Shown: piece by piece, positions 1 through 15,139 of the stretch
Numbering within the stretch: the first letter of the stretch is position 1
Layout of the letters: each line of letters opens with the position of its first letter
DNA from: Paraspadella gotoi
Lineage: Eukaryota; Animalia; Chaetognatha
Length of the DNA: 64,000 nucleotides
Direction: 5' to 3'
NCBI GenBank assembly: GCA_051294375.1
Contig: CM119264.1
Location: 25,599,662-25,663,661, forward strand
Notes under the pieces: model-generated
The model's input: the letters and a program-made list of their open reading frames with translations, nothing else
Database searches by the model: none
Told to the model about the DNA's origin: nothing
Program-made: the position numbers and the translations under genes

Positions 1-293
1 GGGTTGGGGTTAGGGTTTGACGCCAGGTTGGGGTTTTTATTGTGGTTTTGTTTGGGGTTTGATTGTTGCAAACAGGTTCTGGTTTTTATTGTGGCAAAGG
101 GTTTCTTTCATTGTTAATTTCGGGAAAAGGGCTGATTCGAAGTTCGGTGGTTAGTAGTTTTGTCAATTAGATGATTAAACCGATAAGAGCAGTGAGCGAA
201 ATTTGTCTTAAAAGTGAATATAAATCAATTAATACAAACATCCTATCGAAATAGACGTTCAAAAGTTAAGACCCTTCTTAGAAAATCCCTATA

Positions 294-1080
294 CTAAAGT
301 CATTCCCCTCTTTCCTTCCATCCCCTTGTCTTTCAAAAGGACATAACCGTTTAAGGCTTCAACCTCACAGATTACAATGGCGGACGCGTTAAACCACGTG
401 TAAAAACATAAACATCGATTCCGCGGACCAGAAAACAAAGGAGGGGGAATGGGAGGGAGTGGTGGTTTAGGGAAAAAAAGGCGGGGGGTGAGGGTGGACG
501 CGATGGAAAAGGTGGTTGAGTGGGGATGTGGAAGGAGAATGAAGAAAAAAGAAGAAAAAAGTGACGTTGAAAAGATTTTTAAAGATATTTTCAAAAAGTC
601 GTTATTGTATTTGTTTTCCGTTAAAACTGCTCCGAAAAATACCTTTATTTGACAGTTAATTAAAACGGTTTAGAGTAGGAAAGAATCTATTATGGCAGCT
701 ATTTGCAGATTTTAAATTTAATTTTACGGAAAGATAAATTTAAAAAAGAAATAACACCCGAGATTTGCTGTAAATTGGAAAAATTAATTATTTTTAAGCG
801 TGTTTATCCTTTTTTTTTTTGTCGTGCGCAAAGAACTTGTACTGATTCCAAAACCCAAAAACTAGGAATTTTGGGTAAAATTTGACGAAAAGGAAGAGGA
901 GAGGAAGGAGGGCAGGAAGAGGAGCCAAAAGGTTGGATGTTTGCCCCAATGAGACGCGTAACTAAATCTCTTTTCGTTTCTTGAAAGGTGAAATCTGAAA
1001 GAAACTGTATCGGCGACGCGGGGATCTTTTTAAAAGGCCAGACTTAACAAGCCCTTGAAAGGCGGACGATGAAATGAGAT

Positions 1081-1139
<59 letters not shown>

Positions 1140-4100
1140 GAGAGAGAAGAGAGAGAGAGAGAACGAGAGAGAGAGAGAGGTGATACTTGCTTTTTCGATG
1201 GCACAGAACCAGGATTTTTAGCCGGACCGCAGAATATCGACTATTCCGATTTTGAGAAGGCCGTTGAAAATTGGAAAAGGGATTTGCAGGAACGCCGGAT
1301 TCGCTCGAATTCTTAATCCTTTCTTCTTCTTATCTTTACGGCACAATGGGGTGCCAAAGTTCCTGGAATTTCGTGATTAAGTTTCGTATAGATTTTTTTC
1401 AATTACCACTTCTCTCTCTCTCTCTCTCGTCTCTCTCTCTCTCTCTCCCCCATCTTCATCGTCCTCTCGTCTCTCTCTCTCTCGATCTCTGCTCTCTCTC
1501 TTTTCCCAGAACCAAACAATCGGGTTTTTTCCTCGGCCGATATGTATTTCGCCCGTCTTCTCTTTTCAATCACCGGCGAGCGATTTTTTTTGTTCTCATT
1601 CTCGCTCGGAGTTCTTTTCTTCTCCCTTCTGTGATTTAGTGTATTTTCCTTCTCTGATCCTTTGTTCTCACTTACACCTACGAACTCGAGAAAGCAAAGT
1701 ACCGGACCGTCGAAACTCGGATCTAACGCTTCCCGGGCGGTACATCCTAACCCTAACCTCTCTCCATTTAAGCGTTTCCCCTTCCTCCACGGCCCCCCGC
1801 CTTCCGTCCAAAACAACTTTTTTTCCCCTTCTGCCAACCTGGTTTTCAAAAAAGTCATTCCTTTTCGAGCAAATTTCCCTCGAGATTTCGGCGTCGGATT
1901 TATTGTTTTTTGTTTCTTTTTTTTTTGGGCGGGAAAAGAGGTGAAGTAGCATCGTCATCGGAAAGTAGGGTATTTCTCATCTTTTGTTTACGATCATTAA
2001 TGCAAAACAGTTCTTAGCGGATTATATATATTTAAAAATAAAGTAAGCTCGATACAAACGTATTTCATTCATCATTGTACGCATTTATATCCTTTTTTAA
2101 GTTTAATCAGCCACTCTTTTCTTGTATCCTCGCTTCCTGGTACCGCGTTCCCGCTTCTCCACAAATCTTCCGAACCTTTCTCATCTTTCCCATCATCGAC
2201 AACCCTACGTTCCCTCCGATTTCTCTTCAATCATTTCCCCCTTCCCTCCCCCCTTCTCTGCTACCGGACCATTTGCCACGCCACTGGCAATTCTGATCGA
2301 GCGGCCCTCTTCTCCTTACTCCTTCAGGTCGATGTTGGGTCGCTGATACCGGATGAAGTTTTCGTCAGAGGAAAAGTCACCGGACAAAAATGGGGACATA
2401 GTGCGACGTGGAGACGGCCAAAGGAACGGTGAGTTGAGGGGGTCGTGGGGGAAGTGGTTGGGTAGAGGTGAGTGAGGACTAGTTAATGAGTTACCACGGT
2501 TTATAGAGCCAGTCAACAGTGTGACAGCCTGTGATTGTAAATTCTGTGATTTGTGAGAACGTGAAAAGCGATAGGCAACAATGAAACAAAAAAGAGAGAT
2601 TGACTGACTACCGTCATTTAAAGACCCGCTTTGCAATAGTAGGCAATTAGGATTGTATCTTTACGCAGTTGTTTCAAATATTTTTTTTCTTTTATCGTTC
2701 TCTCTTTCTTTCTTTACACATTTCCTTTCTGTCTTTCTCTCTCTCTCTCCCCCCTGCCATATTTCTCAACCCACCTACCCCCTTCTTTATTTTCCCAATT
2801 TCCATCTCTCTCTCTCCTCCTCTCTCGTCTCTCGTCTCCTCTCTCCGTCTCTCTCTCTCCGTCTTCTCTCTCTCTCTCTCTCTCTTCTTGTTTGGGCAAA
2901 TCTTCGAATTTTCGCTCCGGAAATTTTCTTCTCTGGCGGCCGCGAATTTGCGGTTCAATAATTAAACGCTGGATGTGAGTTTGATGTTGTTGATTCGTTC
3001 CGTCGTCGGGTCGTCGTCGTCGTCGTCGTCGTCCCATCGTCGTCGTCTTCGCTCACCTGTTGTTTGCCTCCGTCAAATTCCGCTCTCACTAACGATGCGT
3101 TTAGGTTTTTATCGATTCCCCGTCGTTGTCGATACAATGTAAAATATTTGTCTAATTTATATATTTGTTTCTTTTTCGTCTTTCCATTTTTGTTTTGTTG
3201 TTGTTTTTTGGCTGTTGATTTTGGATGCACACTCTGACCAACCGAATCCAGGCCGGCTCTCAGAAACTCGGGCTCGGCTTTCCTCGCATTTTATTTTCTT
3301 CTCTTTTTTTCCTCCCTTTGCCTTTTTCGCCTCCATTTTCTTTTTCCTCCTTCATTTTTCCTCCCTTTCCTGTTTTCCTCTATCTAGAATTCGATTCCAT
3401 TATTTTTTTTTCTCAGGGGGCGAGTAGGGGTGGGAGGTCTTTTTTATGTTATACATTGGAAACTGTTATCCCATTCGATTTGAGTTTTGAACCAAAACAC
3501 TTGCTGGAAAGCGAAACAAACCGCCCGGCCAGTCGATGTCAGGGCTAAAGGCTAAGGGTCAAAGGTGATAGGCAAGAAGTGGCCGGTTCTCCGTCCTTTT
3601 ATCTGCAGTACGAACCGTTCCGTTGGAAGAAGAAAAATATCAAGAAGCAGAATTTGCTCAAAATTTTCTACGCTTCCTGTTGCTTGCAAATTTTTTCCCT
3701 CGGTAACTAAGCTAAAATGAACGAAGTTAATTTAGAAAAGGAAAATATTAATAATGATGGTTGTTAAAAATAAGATATATTGTTCATTTTTTTAATTTTA
3801 AAAAGGGAACTATTTGTTAATTGTTGTAAAATTTCTGCGGCCAGCGACCGTACAATGTCTTAATTTCCATTCAGCACGTCACGATTCCTAACGGACCTGA
3901 AGTGCTCGAGTGGCAACTCCGCCTAAATTCGAAAAGAGGAAGACATGTCGCAATCTCTCCATGCTCAATAAAGCATGCATTCTTCACAAACTTGAAGGCC
4001 GAGTTCAGCAATTAAGATCATCTAATGATAAATAAGTTAAAAAAAGGAAAAGTTAAAGAAATGAAGAAAAAAGAAGTTTGTTTGATTTTTAAAAAGAAGA

Positions 4101-4567
4101 ATGTTGGACTTAAAAGTCTACCAACCGTTTTCTTCAGCGGCCATTGTGCCGAAGGCATAAGTCATTCGCCTCCCAACCCAAAGGGTTCTCGCCCGGTGGT
4201 CCGCCGAGCATGTTAAGAGAGACGGGGCGCTTAAACCCGCCTGTTATAATTGAACGGTTCTGTCACTTAACACATACAATAAATTACTGTCTCTTCAAAG
4301 CATTTTTTTTTGCGTTCAAGGTTCAAAGTCAGAGACATCGGCCCGCCATTTAATATTTCATACACTCATGTTCATTTTCTTTCCCCAATTTTTTTTTCCT
4401 CATAGTCGCGGATTTTATTAAATGCTTGAGACTCCCTGGTAGGAATTTTTCTCGCTCGCGCTTCTCAGATTAATTTTTTTCCCCTTTTTTTTTTCAAAGC
4501 GTCTCGAAATTAAAGTTGAAAACGGGAGCGGAGAGAGAGCAGAGAAAGAGAGAGAGAGACGAAGAGA

Positions 4568-4611
<44 letters not shown>

Positions 4612-7600
4612 GCAAGAAGAGTGACAAAGAAAGCGAGAGAAAAGAGAGAGCAACGACGGCTACATTATGATAATCTTTCAGATTATGTCTCAATGGGAAT
4701 AATGATGTCTTTCATCACATTTTTTTTATTTCTAATGAGATTTTCTCTTCGGATTTAAATTCTCTCCGCTGAATTTAATTCTTTTTTTCGAATTTTATTC
4801 GGCAAATTCTACGATAGGTTGATTTTCAATAAAGTTATTGCAATATATTTCCTACCAAATACTAACAATAATACTTTTCAAAGATTATATTCCAACACTA
4901 GTAAATAAGTATTTTTTTTCTCTAAATAAGCTTTCATTTTTATAAATAAGCAAGAAGAGGAAGAGATTCTATGTACTGTACAATAAATTTATTCTATGTT
5001 ACATAGCAACTTTATTTGTAACCTTCCAAATTTCCTCCAAAGGAGCCCGCTACTTGGTGCTGCAAATCTACACCTAACTCCGGACTTTTTTTGCATCTGC
5101 ATCAACCCTTAACAAGGGCTCAACGTCTACACCAGATTCATGAGGACTTTTATCGCGCGAGAAGAGGAAACGAGGCCCCGCCTCAACCTCTATGCAGTCG
5201 CCGATGGGGGCGCTGGCAGCTGCTGGAGATGGGTGAGTGAGGAGTAAGGTTATAAAAGTAAGGTAAGGTTAAAAAGAGCCCCCGAATATCACCTCTATGC
5301 AGTCGCTGATGGAAGGGATGCAGCTGCTTGCAGATGGGTTAGTTTTAGTAGGAATGGGAGAGGAAAGGAGTGAAAGAGAAGTAGTTGCCTCAAGCTTTAT
5401 AAAGTTGCTGGATAAGAGGATGCAGCAGCTGAAGTAAAAGTGAGTTTAGAGAAGGGAGATTGGATAATCTTTTCCCACCTCCCCCCATAGAATCCAAGAA
5501 CCAGTCTTCCCTCATCCCGGCGAAGGGTCCGGCGCCGGAAAGGACGCGAGAACACAAAGAAAGGTCCTTCCAGTACTACGCGCTCACTGCGGCCGACTCC
5601 CTAGCCGCCAAATCGAAGTGCGGCGGCCCATAGTCGGAGAAACGCCGGTTCGCTGGAGGAGCAGATCGTGCCAGGCGCAACCCGCCGCTGGAGTCATAGG
5701 CAACGCCAAAGACGTCAGGAACAACAACTCCAAGCAGATTCGTAAGGATTATTGCTGTTTTTCTTTATAATTAGGTTTTGTTACTGTTAATGACTTAATC
5801 GTACAGTATTTTTCCTTTCGTTATAGGGTAAGTTCATCGCATTCACTTCGGCCCCACCGTCGAAATCGCCGCCGCAGACATCGAAGAACTTCCTGCTGGA
5901 GAAGTCCCGCATCACTTTCCAGCTGGAGATCGAGAGGAACTACCCTCACTTTTTTTACAGTTGATGTCGAGAGGGGCTTTCCGCGTTTCCACTCTTTGTG
6001 CGATTTGGGGATAATCCTTTTCCCGGGATTTCTTCTCTTCTTCATTAACCAGGTTAATTTTGCTAAGTCTTTCTTTTTGGGCAATTTTTAAAAATTAAAT
6101 TACAAGTAATCTTGTTATAATTGGTGAGCCCAATTAAACCAATCTAGGTTTTTCACAAAATAAAATAAATTAAGCATTGATGCTAATAAACGACTTTAAA
6201 TTTTTATTTTCAAAATTCGAATTCATAATCAATGTAACTTACCCTTACTTGTTGGCAGGGCGTTTTGGACGGTGGCGGGTATGGATGACGAAGTTTGAAT
6301 GAAAGCCACTGATCGGCTCTCGACGTTTTTGGGCTTCATCCCAGGAGGAAAAAGACAAATCTGTTCAAAGGTGAGGCAGATAGGAAAGGAAAGATAAAGT
6401 TAAAAGGTAAGGAGAATCAAATGAATAAATCTATTGTCTTTCTAAATAGCAACGATCGGTATTGCGCAATTTTTGGGGCAACGCAAATGGAAACAAAAGG
6501 GAGCGAGGAGGCAGGCGGAACCGGCGGATGGAACAGAAAAAGTGGAGAAGTGCTCGCAAGTTTTGCTCGGCATCGATATGGGACTTTTTTCACGAAACTT
6601 TTATGAAGCCTAAACTTAAAGGTGAGAAGTTCGCTTGATTTGGATTCCACAGGTTCAAGTTCGGCGTTTATAAATGTCGGGGTTGGGTTGGGTTTAACTT
6701 TCACTCCTCAACCACTCAATCCATTATCCCGGATTGGCAAAGAGTTCGGTCAAAAAGGGTCAGAACGTGGAACAAGTTGCCCTTCTCGCGTCTATGCCTC
6801 TTCAAATCTCTCTTCGGCCCGCATGTTCGATTGGATCGTCGCGCAAAGTCAACCGACTCTCTCGACTCCCAACCCGAGGAAGAAACATCGGGTGTTGGAC
6901 ATCGCCGTGAGGGGGTGTTGGCCGGGATTTTTGATTCGAGGGGATTTGTAAGGAAGGGGTTTTTTTCATGAGGAGATTTGCTGAAATATTATTGAAGTAT
7001 TAGTATTTTGAAGTATTTTCGTTAATCCAGTTAATTAGTTATTTAAGTTTTGTTATTTAATGTTAGTTGAAGTATTTTAGTTCGGCGAGAAATGCTTGTT
7101 TTCAATATCAAACTCGCGAAGGGGAACATCCGCGTCAACAATCTGTATTTTTTCTATACGTTGTAATTCCTTAGATATTTATACAAATTCAAAATGTTAT
7201 CAGCAAGGATTTCGAGATCTTTGAGCTCAACGTCCTGGAGCAGCTGCTCATCACCTACACCAATCGAAAGACTGCCAGTTCGTTCAATCATCCACATGTT
7301 CCGAGCGCTGAGCAAGAAGAGTACAAGGCCCGAAGAGTGAGAAAAATTGCTAACAAAAATTAGAAGAATACATTAGTGAAATAGAATAGAAATTTTATTG
7401 TTTTATTTTTACTTTTTTACAGAGGGAGAAGAGAGAAAAACACGGGGGTTGATTTATATTCTTTTAAAATTTTTTTTTAAAAAATTGGTAAAATTTTGTA
7501 CAAATCTTCGGAATTTGTTAACATTCAATGGGCGCGATTTGGTTTTCTCTTCATGGTCATATCTCTCACCACTCGGCAGCCTCCTAAAAATTATGAAGCA

Positions 7601-8965
7601 AATAAAAGAGCATTTATCAAATATTTCAATAATTAGGCTAAATCATAACCATATACATCCAGGTAATAACAATGGGCCTTCGGCGTCGACTTTCGCAAGT
7701 GGGAGACCTCAATCGCCACCATCCGAGTTGACGAGAAAAAAATGGGCATTCTCCATGCCTGGAGGAAGAATGCATAGTGCCCAAGGCCACTGACAAGACA
7801 TAACCTTCGAGAAGAGATGACAAGCAGCTTGGCAAGCACAAGTCTTGTTGGCAAGCCAGCCCCCCCAGAAGGGCAAGCCGAGGCTCACTTCGAGATTCAT
7901 TCACTACGGCTGGGACGGTCGGATACAACGTCCACGGTGGCCTGTTTAAGAACAAGGGTAAGTTTAGAAAGATATTGCGAAGAGGAGAGAGAGAAGAGAG
8001 AGAGGAGAGAGAGAAGCAGAAGAAGAGAGAGAGAAGAGGGAAGGAGAAGAGAGAGAGCGAAGAGAGAGAGATGAGAGAGAGAACTACAAAAGATGGAAAA
8101 TAATTTCCCTATCTATATTATCTTAACTTATCTTACCTTACTATCTTACTCTCTCCCGCAGGACCCCGTCAACGACGCGGTGGTGGGATGATGCAAGGCG
8201 CTCCAACGGGTCGTCAGTCTCGTTCTTCCAAGAATCCGACACGGGAGAGAAAAGAGAAGGGATCCTCGATGATGACCATTTCCGCCGCTCATAGGTCATT
8301 TTGAAAACGTGAAACTATTATGACGTGAGATTTAACGACAGAATTGTGAAATTGTGAATCTGAATGCTGATGGCCGTTTTATGATGTAAAAAAAAACGAA
8401 ACTATATATGCCGTTGAATAATAATTTTTAAAAATAGAGATCTTTGAAAGGAAAAGCCATTTTTTTTTTAACTTTTAAACATAGTTGAATATATGTTTGA
8501 AATATGAATAATAAATATATAAAATAAAAAGTTTTATCATTTTAAACATATTCATACTTCCCGACTTCAATTCCCCGGTTCTCCTTCCAACGAAAATCGC
8601 CCTCGCGTTTTTTTTCGACATTTATTCTTTTTCGCATAAATACGTCGGCTCTTGACCCCTGCCCCATCCTTTCGCCTTCCCCCTTCCGGTCCCTCTCACT
8701 TACTTTTCCCCTTCTACAACCCCGCAGAGAGTCCCTCCTGAAACTGATGCACAACCTGCACTCGACTCACCCTCACTTCGTCCGCTGCATCATCCCCAAC
8801 GAGATCAAAAAGTCGGTCACATCGACGCCCATTGGTGATGCATCAACTCACCTGCAACCGGCGTCTTGGAGGGCATCAGGTCGGGCGCAGGCCCCTTCGC
8901 AGGCCTCCTTACTTTATTTATGAGGAGAGAGAGGGGAGAGAGAAGAAGGAGAGGAGGAGGAGAAG

Positions 8966-9022
<57 letters not shown>

Positions 9023-10293
9023 TAATGCGTAGTATCTCTAAAAACCGCAATGCGAGAAAACAGATCTATTATGAAACGGCTGTCGTTTTGTTTGTTTATC
9101 TGGGAAATCGGGTGAAAAGTCGACGCGAATGACAAAGAAACCGAAGTTCCAATTTTTAAATAAGAGATAATCAAATGCTTTAATTTTTTTTTTTCTTTTT
9201 AGCTTTTTTGTTTATTTTTATTATTTATTTCTATTAGTTTTTAATGTGGTATGAGGAATTATTATTGCTTATTCACACTTCATAAACCTCGTTTCCATTC
9301 CACTTTTACAGAATTTGCCAACTGGGTCTGCCAAACAAGATGCCCTATTCGACTTCCATGCAACGCTATTTCCATCTGCCTCCCGAAGATCTTCGCCACC
9401 CACAACTCGACCCCAAGACTTGCGCGAAAAGGCATTGCCAGAAGCCGGCATGGATCCGACTGGTTTAGAACAGGACTACTAAGGTTAAAAAAATATATAT
9501 ATATGGGCGAAACCATAATTAAATTAATCAATCGATAATCAATAAGGCGTAGTAAAATTGCTTAAATTTAACTTTAATTAAAATTCTAAAAGTGAGGAAT
9601 GAACAACACTATAATATGAACAGTTATGTAATAAAAAAAATTTAGAATAATTTACAATTTACGCAGTAGGCCATATTTATACTAGTACTAAACCAATAAA
9701 TGTTAAAATTTCAAAAACAGTTTTTTCTAGATTTTTTTGAGATTTGGATTCGTCATAAAAAGTGATAAAAAGAAATATAACTCTTTTTGAAAAATTCCTT
9801 CATTAAGTGGGTCAAAAATTAGAAAAGCTATATTTTAAGCTGAAAATTACTCTTTATATTAAATATAGTTTTTTAAATTTTTAACCCACTTAATGAAAGA
9901 ATTTTTAAAAATGATTTATATTTTTTCTTCTTATCAACTTTGACGAGGATTCAATCTGCAATCAAAATTAAGAAAAGCCTATTTTGAAATTTTTCGATTT
10001 TATAAGGATAGTACTTTATATAGCCTACTGCAAAATTAAAAAACATAAAATAATTTTTTTTACAATTTAATGTTCACTGATGGTAATGTTGTTCATAATT
10101 GACTTTTAGAATCTTCGTATGTAACTTTCACTACGCCTTAATATCAATCATGAATCACTCACACAATGAAACAATCGTCAATTACAAATTATTTAATCAA
10201 TTAGATAGTGAAGAAATGAAATATAACAAGACTATCAATCAATAAATCAGGTGATGTTCCGCGCTGGAAAGTTGGACTGCTCGAGAGATCCGC
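294..10293 (+). pseudogene. Indel-riddled duplicate of 13944-23782 (myosin motor exons and introns); probably a false duplication from an unpolished long read
   Basis: Colinear with 13944-23782, introns included. Differences are mostly 1-bp insertions and deletions that frameshift most exons. The copy ends at an N-gap in mid-exon (10294). Confidence 0.8.
9543..10140. mobile_element. Same foldback element in the duplicated myosin copy
   Basis: Same termini and internal inverted blocks as 23018-23625. Confidence 0.75.
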
Positions 10294-10318
10294 NNNNNNN
10301 NNNNNNNNNNNNNNNNNN

Positions 10319-11700
10319 AGGGATTTGCAGGAACGCCGGATTCGCTCGAATTCCCTTAATCCTTTCATTCTTCCTTATCTTTACGCACAATGGGGTGCCA
10401 GTCCTGGATTCGTGATTAAGTTTCGTATAGATTTTCCATTATCCACCCTCTCTCNNNNNNNNNNNNNNNNNNNNNNNNNNNNNNNNNNNNNNNNNNNNNN
10501 NNNNNNNNNNNNNNNNNNNNNNNNNNNNNNNNNNNNNNNNNNNNNNNNNNNNNNNNNNNNNNNNNNNNNNNNNNNNNNNNNNNNNNNNNNNNNNNNNNNN
10601 NNNNNNNNNNNNNNNNNNNNNNNNNNNNNNNNNNNNNNNNNNNNNNNNNNNNNNNNNNNNNNNNNNNNNNTTTTTTTTTGTTCTCTCTTTTCTCTCCCTT
10701 CTGTGATTTAGTGTGATTTTCTCTTGATCCTTTGTTTCTCACTTCACCTACGAACTCGAAAGCAAAGACGACCCGTCGAACTCGGATCTAACCTTCCCCG
10801 CGACATCCTAACCCTACCTCTCTCCATTAAGCGTTTCCCCCCCTCCACGCCCCCCGCCTTCCGTCCAAAACAACTTTTTTTCCCTTCTCCAACCTGGTTT
10901 TCAAAAAGTCATTCCTTTTCGAGCAAATTTCCCTCGAGATTTCGTCGGAATTTATTGTTTTTTTGTTTCTTTTTTTTTGCGCGGGAAAGAGGTAGGAAGT
11001 AGCTCGTCATCGGAAAGTAGGTATTTCTCATCTTTTGTTTACGATCATTATGCAAAACAGTTCTTAGCGGATTATATATATTTAAAATAAAGTAAGCTCG
11101 ATACAAACGTTTCATTCTCATTGTACACCAATTTATATCCTTTTTAAGTTTAATCAGCCACTCTTTTCTTGTATCCTCCTTCTGGATCCGCGTTCCCCTT
11201 CTCCAACCCAAAAATCTCCGACCTTCTCATCTTCATCATCCGACAACCCTTACGTTCCCCTCCGATTTTCTCTTCCAAATCTCTTCCCCCCCCTTCCCCT
11301 CCCCCCTTCTCTTCTACCCCATTTGCCACCCACTGGCAATTCTGATCGAGCGCCCTCTTCCTCCTTCTCCTTCAGGTCGACTGTTGGGTCGCTGATCCGG
11401 ATGAAGTTTTCGTCAGAGGAAAAGTCACCGGACAAAATGGGGACAAGTGCGACGTGGAGACGGCCAAAGGGACGGTGAGTTGAGGGGGTCGGTGGGGAAA
11501 GTGGGTGGGTAGAGGTGAGTGAGGACTAGTTAATGATTACACGGTTATAAGCAGTCAACAGTGTGACAGCCTGTGATTGTAAATTCTGGTGATGTGTGAG
11601 ACGTGAAAAGCGATAAGAACAAGGAAACAAAAAAGAGAGATTGACTGACTACCGTCATTTAAAGACCGCTTTAAATATAGGCAATTAGGATTGTAGTTTT
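10319..11700 (+). other. Third partial copy of the myosin 5' region (matches ~14975-16280), including the SH3-like exon
   Basis: Same sequence blocks as 1280-2670 and 14975-16280, between and after N-gaps. Its exon copy reads cleanly as VDCWVADPDEVFVRGKVTGQNGDKCDVETAKGT. Confidence 0.8.
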
Positions 11701-14700
11701 ACCAGTTGTTGAAAACTTTTTTTTTTTATATATGTATAGATATATTATATATTAGACTGATGATATAGAAGAGATGATGTTTTTTAATAATGTTCATATG
11801 CTTATATGATTTTAAGTTGTTAGTAGCTGCATGATATGTGATTTTAATCAGTTTTTTCTGTTTTCTATGGAATAACATTTTATGAAATTAATCGCCTATT
11901 TTCTTTGTTTTGCTGTACTGAAATTCAGTCTGAAAATATATATTAAAAGAGATAATACTAGCTAAAATATAGATCTTGGTATACGTGCTGAAGATATGGA
12001 TAAGATAATACGAATAGAGATTATAGTTATGATTAATATTTATAAAGAGTGAAATTCTTTTTTAACAATATGACAATAAGTTTGGTACTTAACATATAAG
12101 ACTAAGAAGGTACATGCTCCCGTTAATACGGATATGATTATGATTACATTTTATGCCCTGTCTTCTTAAACTGATTATTATATGTATGTATGAAGGTCAT
12201 TTCCTATGCTACCTTCATTAAGTTTCATTTTTAATAACTATTGAATTAGGTACATAATTAAGGATGAATGAGGGTTTGAGCATCCATAGTTCAAAATTTT
12301 TTTTCAAATTATAAAAATTATCTCGGATTTTATTTTTAGATTTAGTCATGTGTATTAATTTATGGTTTTCATTTGTTGTTTGATTTAGAGATAAATAAAT
12401 AACTTTTTAATGGTTAACCAATAACTGACATAATTTTTTCATATAAAAATGACATTTTCCGACTAATTGTTAGCCTTCAGCGTTGTTATTAACAATAAAA
12501 ATGTTATCATATTATCATATTGTTTTATGCAATAATTTGTTTACTTCACTTTTTCAATTTGGTTGATGTGAAGAATTAACAAAGCATCTATGCATTATTT
12601 TACAGACAATAGGATTCGAATTTAATTTTAAATAATTTAAATTGACATGTTTTGATTTAAAAAAACTATAAAATCAAAAGCAATTCTTTAAAAATCTTGG
12701 AAGTTAAGTTTTCCCTCGTCAAAAGGTTCTCCTGTTTTCTTTTTCTAAATGAAAGTAGTTTTTTGATTATGGATCATAAAATTAACAAATTAATGAGACT
12801 AGTTATTTATATCCATATCACAAAAAATTGAGTCGCCGGTTGCATGTTGCCTCAAACCAAAAAAGGATCCAATCGTCCAATCTATGTATTTGCTATTCAA
12901 ATTTAGTAATATTTATTAGTATGTTTTAATTTTCTTCCTGATCATCTCAACATAATATACTTAAATCATTGATTATGATATTGAATGGATGCCTTTTTCA
13001 ACTTATCTATATGTATATACGGTGGTTAGGGCAGGATTGGTGCCCAGCATATATTGGCCCATAAAATTGCAACGCCCTAGGATTGACCCTGTAGGCATTG
13101 GGCCCACAATAGACAATTGCAAACCCATAGTATTGCCGCCCCAACGTATTCCGACGTATTCCCACGTAATTCCTACGTGGGTACAAATCCTAATGGAACC
13201 TAGTTGATAAAAATTATTTTGAAAAATATTCCATTAATAAATTTTAAATATTTAAATTCTTTTCTTTGCCAGTAATTTTTAAAATAAATTTTTTATACAT
13301 TATTGTTATTAAATTATTAAATAATCTAAATTAATATTAGTTATGTTTATTTTTTTTTTAAATTTTACTTTTATTGGTTATTTTAATCTTTGTTAATCAA
13401 GTTTTCCATTATTTACCTATTTATTAAAGCAACGTATAATAGTAAATTAAACGAGAATGTTAAATTATTACAATTTATAATACAATTTATATTATATATA
13501 ATGTATAGGAACTTAAGCAAAATAGTTAATATTTTTTATTTTATGCAAAAATCTCTTTAATTCTTCATTTTTGGTAAGAAAAAGAAGCTTCAAGATCTCA
13601 TTTAAATTGGCTATTTTTGTCTTATTTATTATTAGTATAAATTACTATATAATTATTTATATTTATAAATATATATTATAATATAATTATTCAAGTTATT
13701 TTATTATAATACAATAATAAAACGTTTAAAATTACGCGAATAAAGAGCGTCATCGTTATCTGACTAAATTCGATTCGTAAGCTTAATTTGCAATAATTTA
13801 TGGAGGCCAGATAAAAACGAACGGGATCTCTATGGTTGAAGAATTTTCAAATCGAATAAAAGGTGTTTTAAATTAAAGTATATAATATGTGTGATCACTT
13901 GTGTGAACGTTTTTGAAAATCTGAATCCATGCTTGATACCTAACTAAAGTCATTCCCCTCTTTCCTTCCAATCCCTTGTCTTTCAAAGGACATAACGTTT
14001 AGGCTTCAACCTCACAGATTACATGCGGACGGCGTTAAACTCACGTGTAAAAACATAAACATCGATTCCGCGGACCAGAAACAAAGAGGGGCAATGGAGG
14101 GAGTGGTGGTTAGGGAAAAAGAAAGGCGGGGGTGAGGCGTGGACCGATGGAAAAGGTGGTTGAGTGGGATGTGGAAGGAGAATGAAGAAAAAAAAGAAAA
14201 AGTGACGTTGAAAAGATTTTTAAAGATATTTTCAAAAAGTTCGTTATTGTATTTAGGTTTTCCGTTAAAACTGCTCGAAAAAAATTTTATTTGACAGTTA
14301 TTAAAACGGTTTAGAGTAAGAATTATTATGGCAGCTATTGCAGATTTTATAATTTAATTTTACGGAAAGATAAATTTAAAAAAGAAATAACACCCGAGAT
14401 TTGTCTGTAAATGGTAAATTAATGATATTTAGCGTGTTTATCCTTTTTTTTTTTGTCGTGACAGCGAAAAGAACTTGTACTGATTCCAAACCCAAAACTA
14501 GGATTTTGGGTAAAGTTGAGAGGAGGAGAGAGGAGAGGAAGGAGGGAGGAAGAGGAGCCAAAAGGTTGGATGTTTTGCCCCCAGAGACGCGTAACTAAAT
14601 CTCTTTTCGTTTCTTGAAAAGGTGAAATCTGAAAGAACGTATCGGCGCGCGGGATTTTTTAAAAGGCAGACTTACAAGCCCTTGAAAGGCGGACGATGAA

Positions 14701-14711
14701 TGATGAAAGAT

Positions 14712-14752
<41 letters not shown>

Positions 14753-14775
14753 AGAGAGGAGATGAGAGAGAGATT

Positions 14776-14809
<34 letters not shown>

Positions 14810-15092
14810 GAAGAAAAGGAAGAAGGGGGCGAGAGAGAGAGAGAGAGCTGAGATAGGTTGACATTGCTTTCTTCGTGGCACAGACGGATTTTAAAGCCGG
14901 ACCGCAGAATATCGGACTATTCCGATTTTTTGAGAAAGGCCGTTGAAAATTGGAAAAGGGAAAAACCGTTTGCCAGGAATTGCCGGATTCGCTCGAATTC
15001 TTAATCCTTTCATTCTTCTTATCTTTACGGCACAATGGGGTGCCAGTCCTGGATTCGTGATTAAGTTTCGTATAGATTTTTTTCACATTACC

Positions 15093-15139
<47 letters not shown>

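Noticed and set aside
1-60. Telomere-like GGGTTAGGG at the window start
   Set aside because: It is one TTAGGG in low-complexity, probably low-quality G/T sequence, not an array.
11700-13940. Unique AT-rich spacer between the myosin copies, searched for the myosin start exon
   Set aside because: No convincing exon or element was found; it may be low-quality read sequence.
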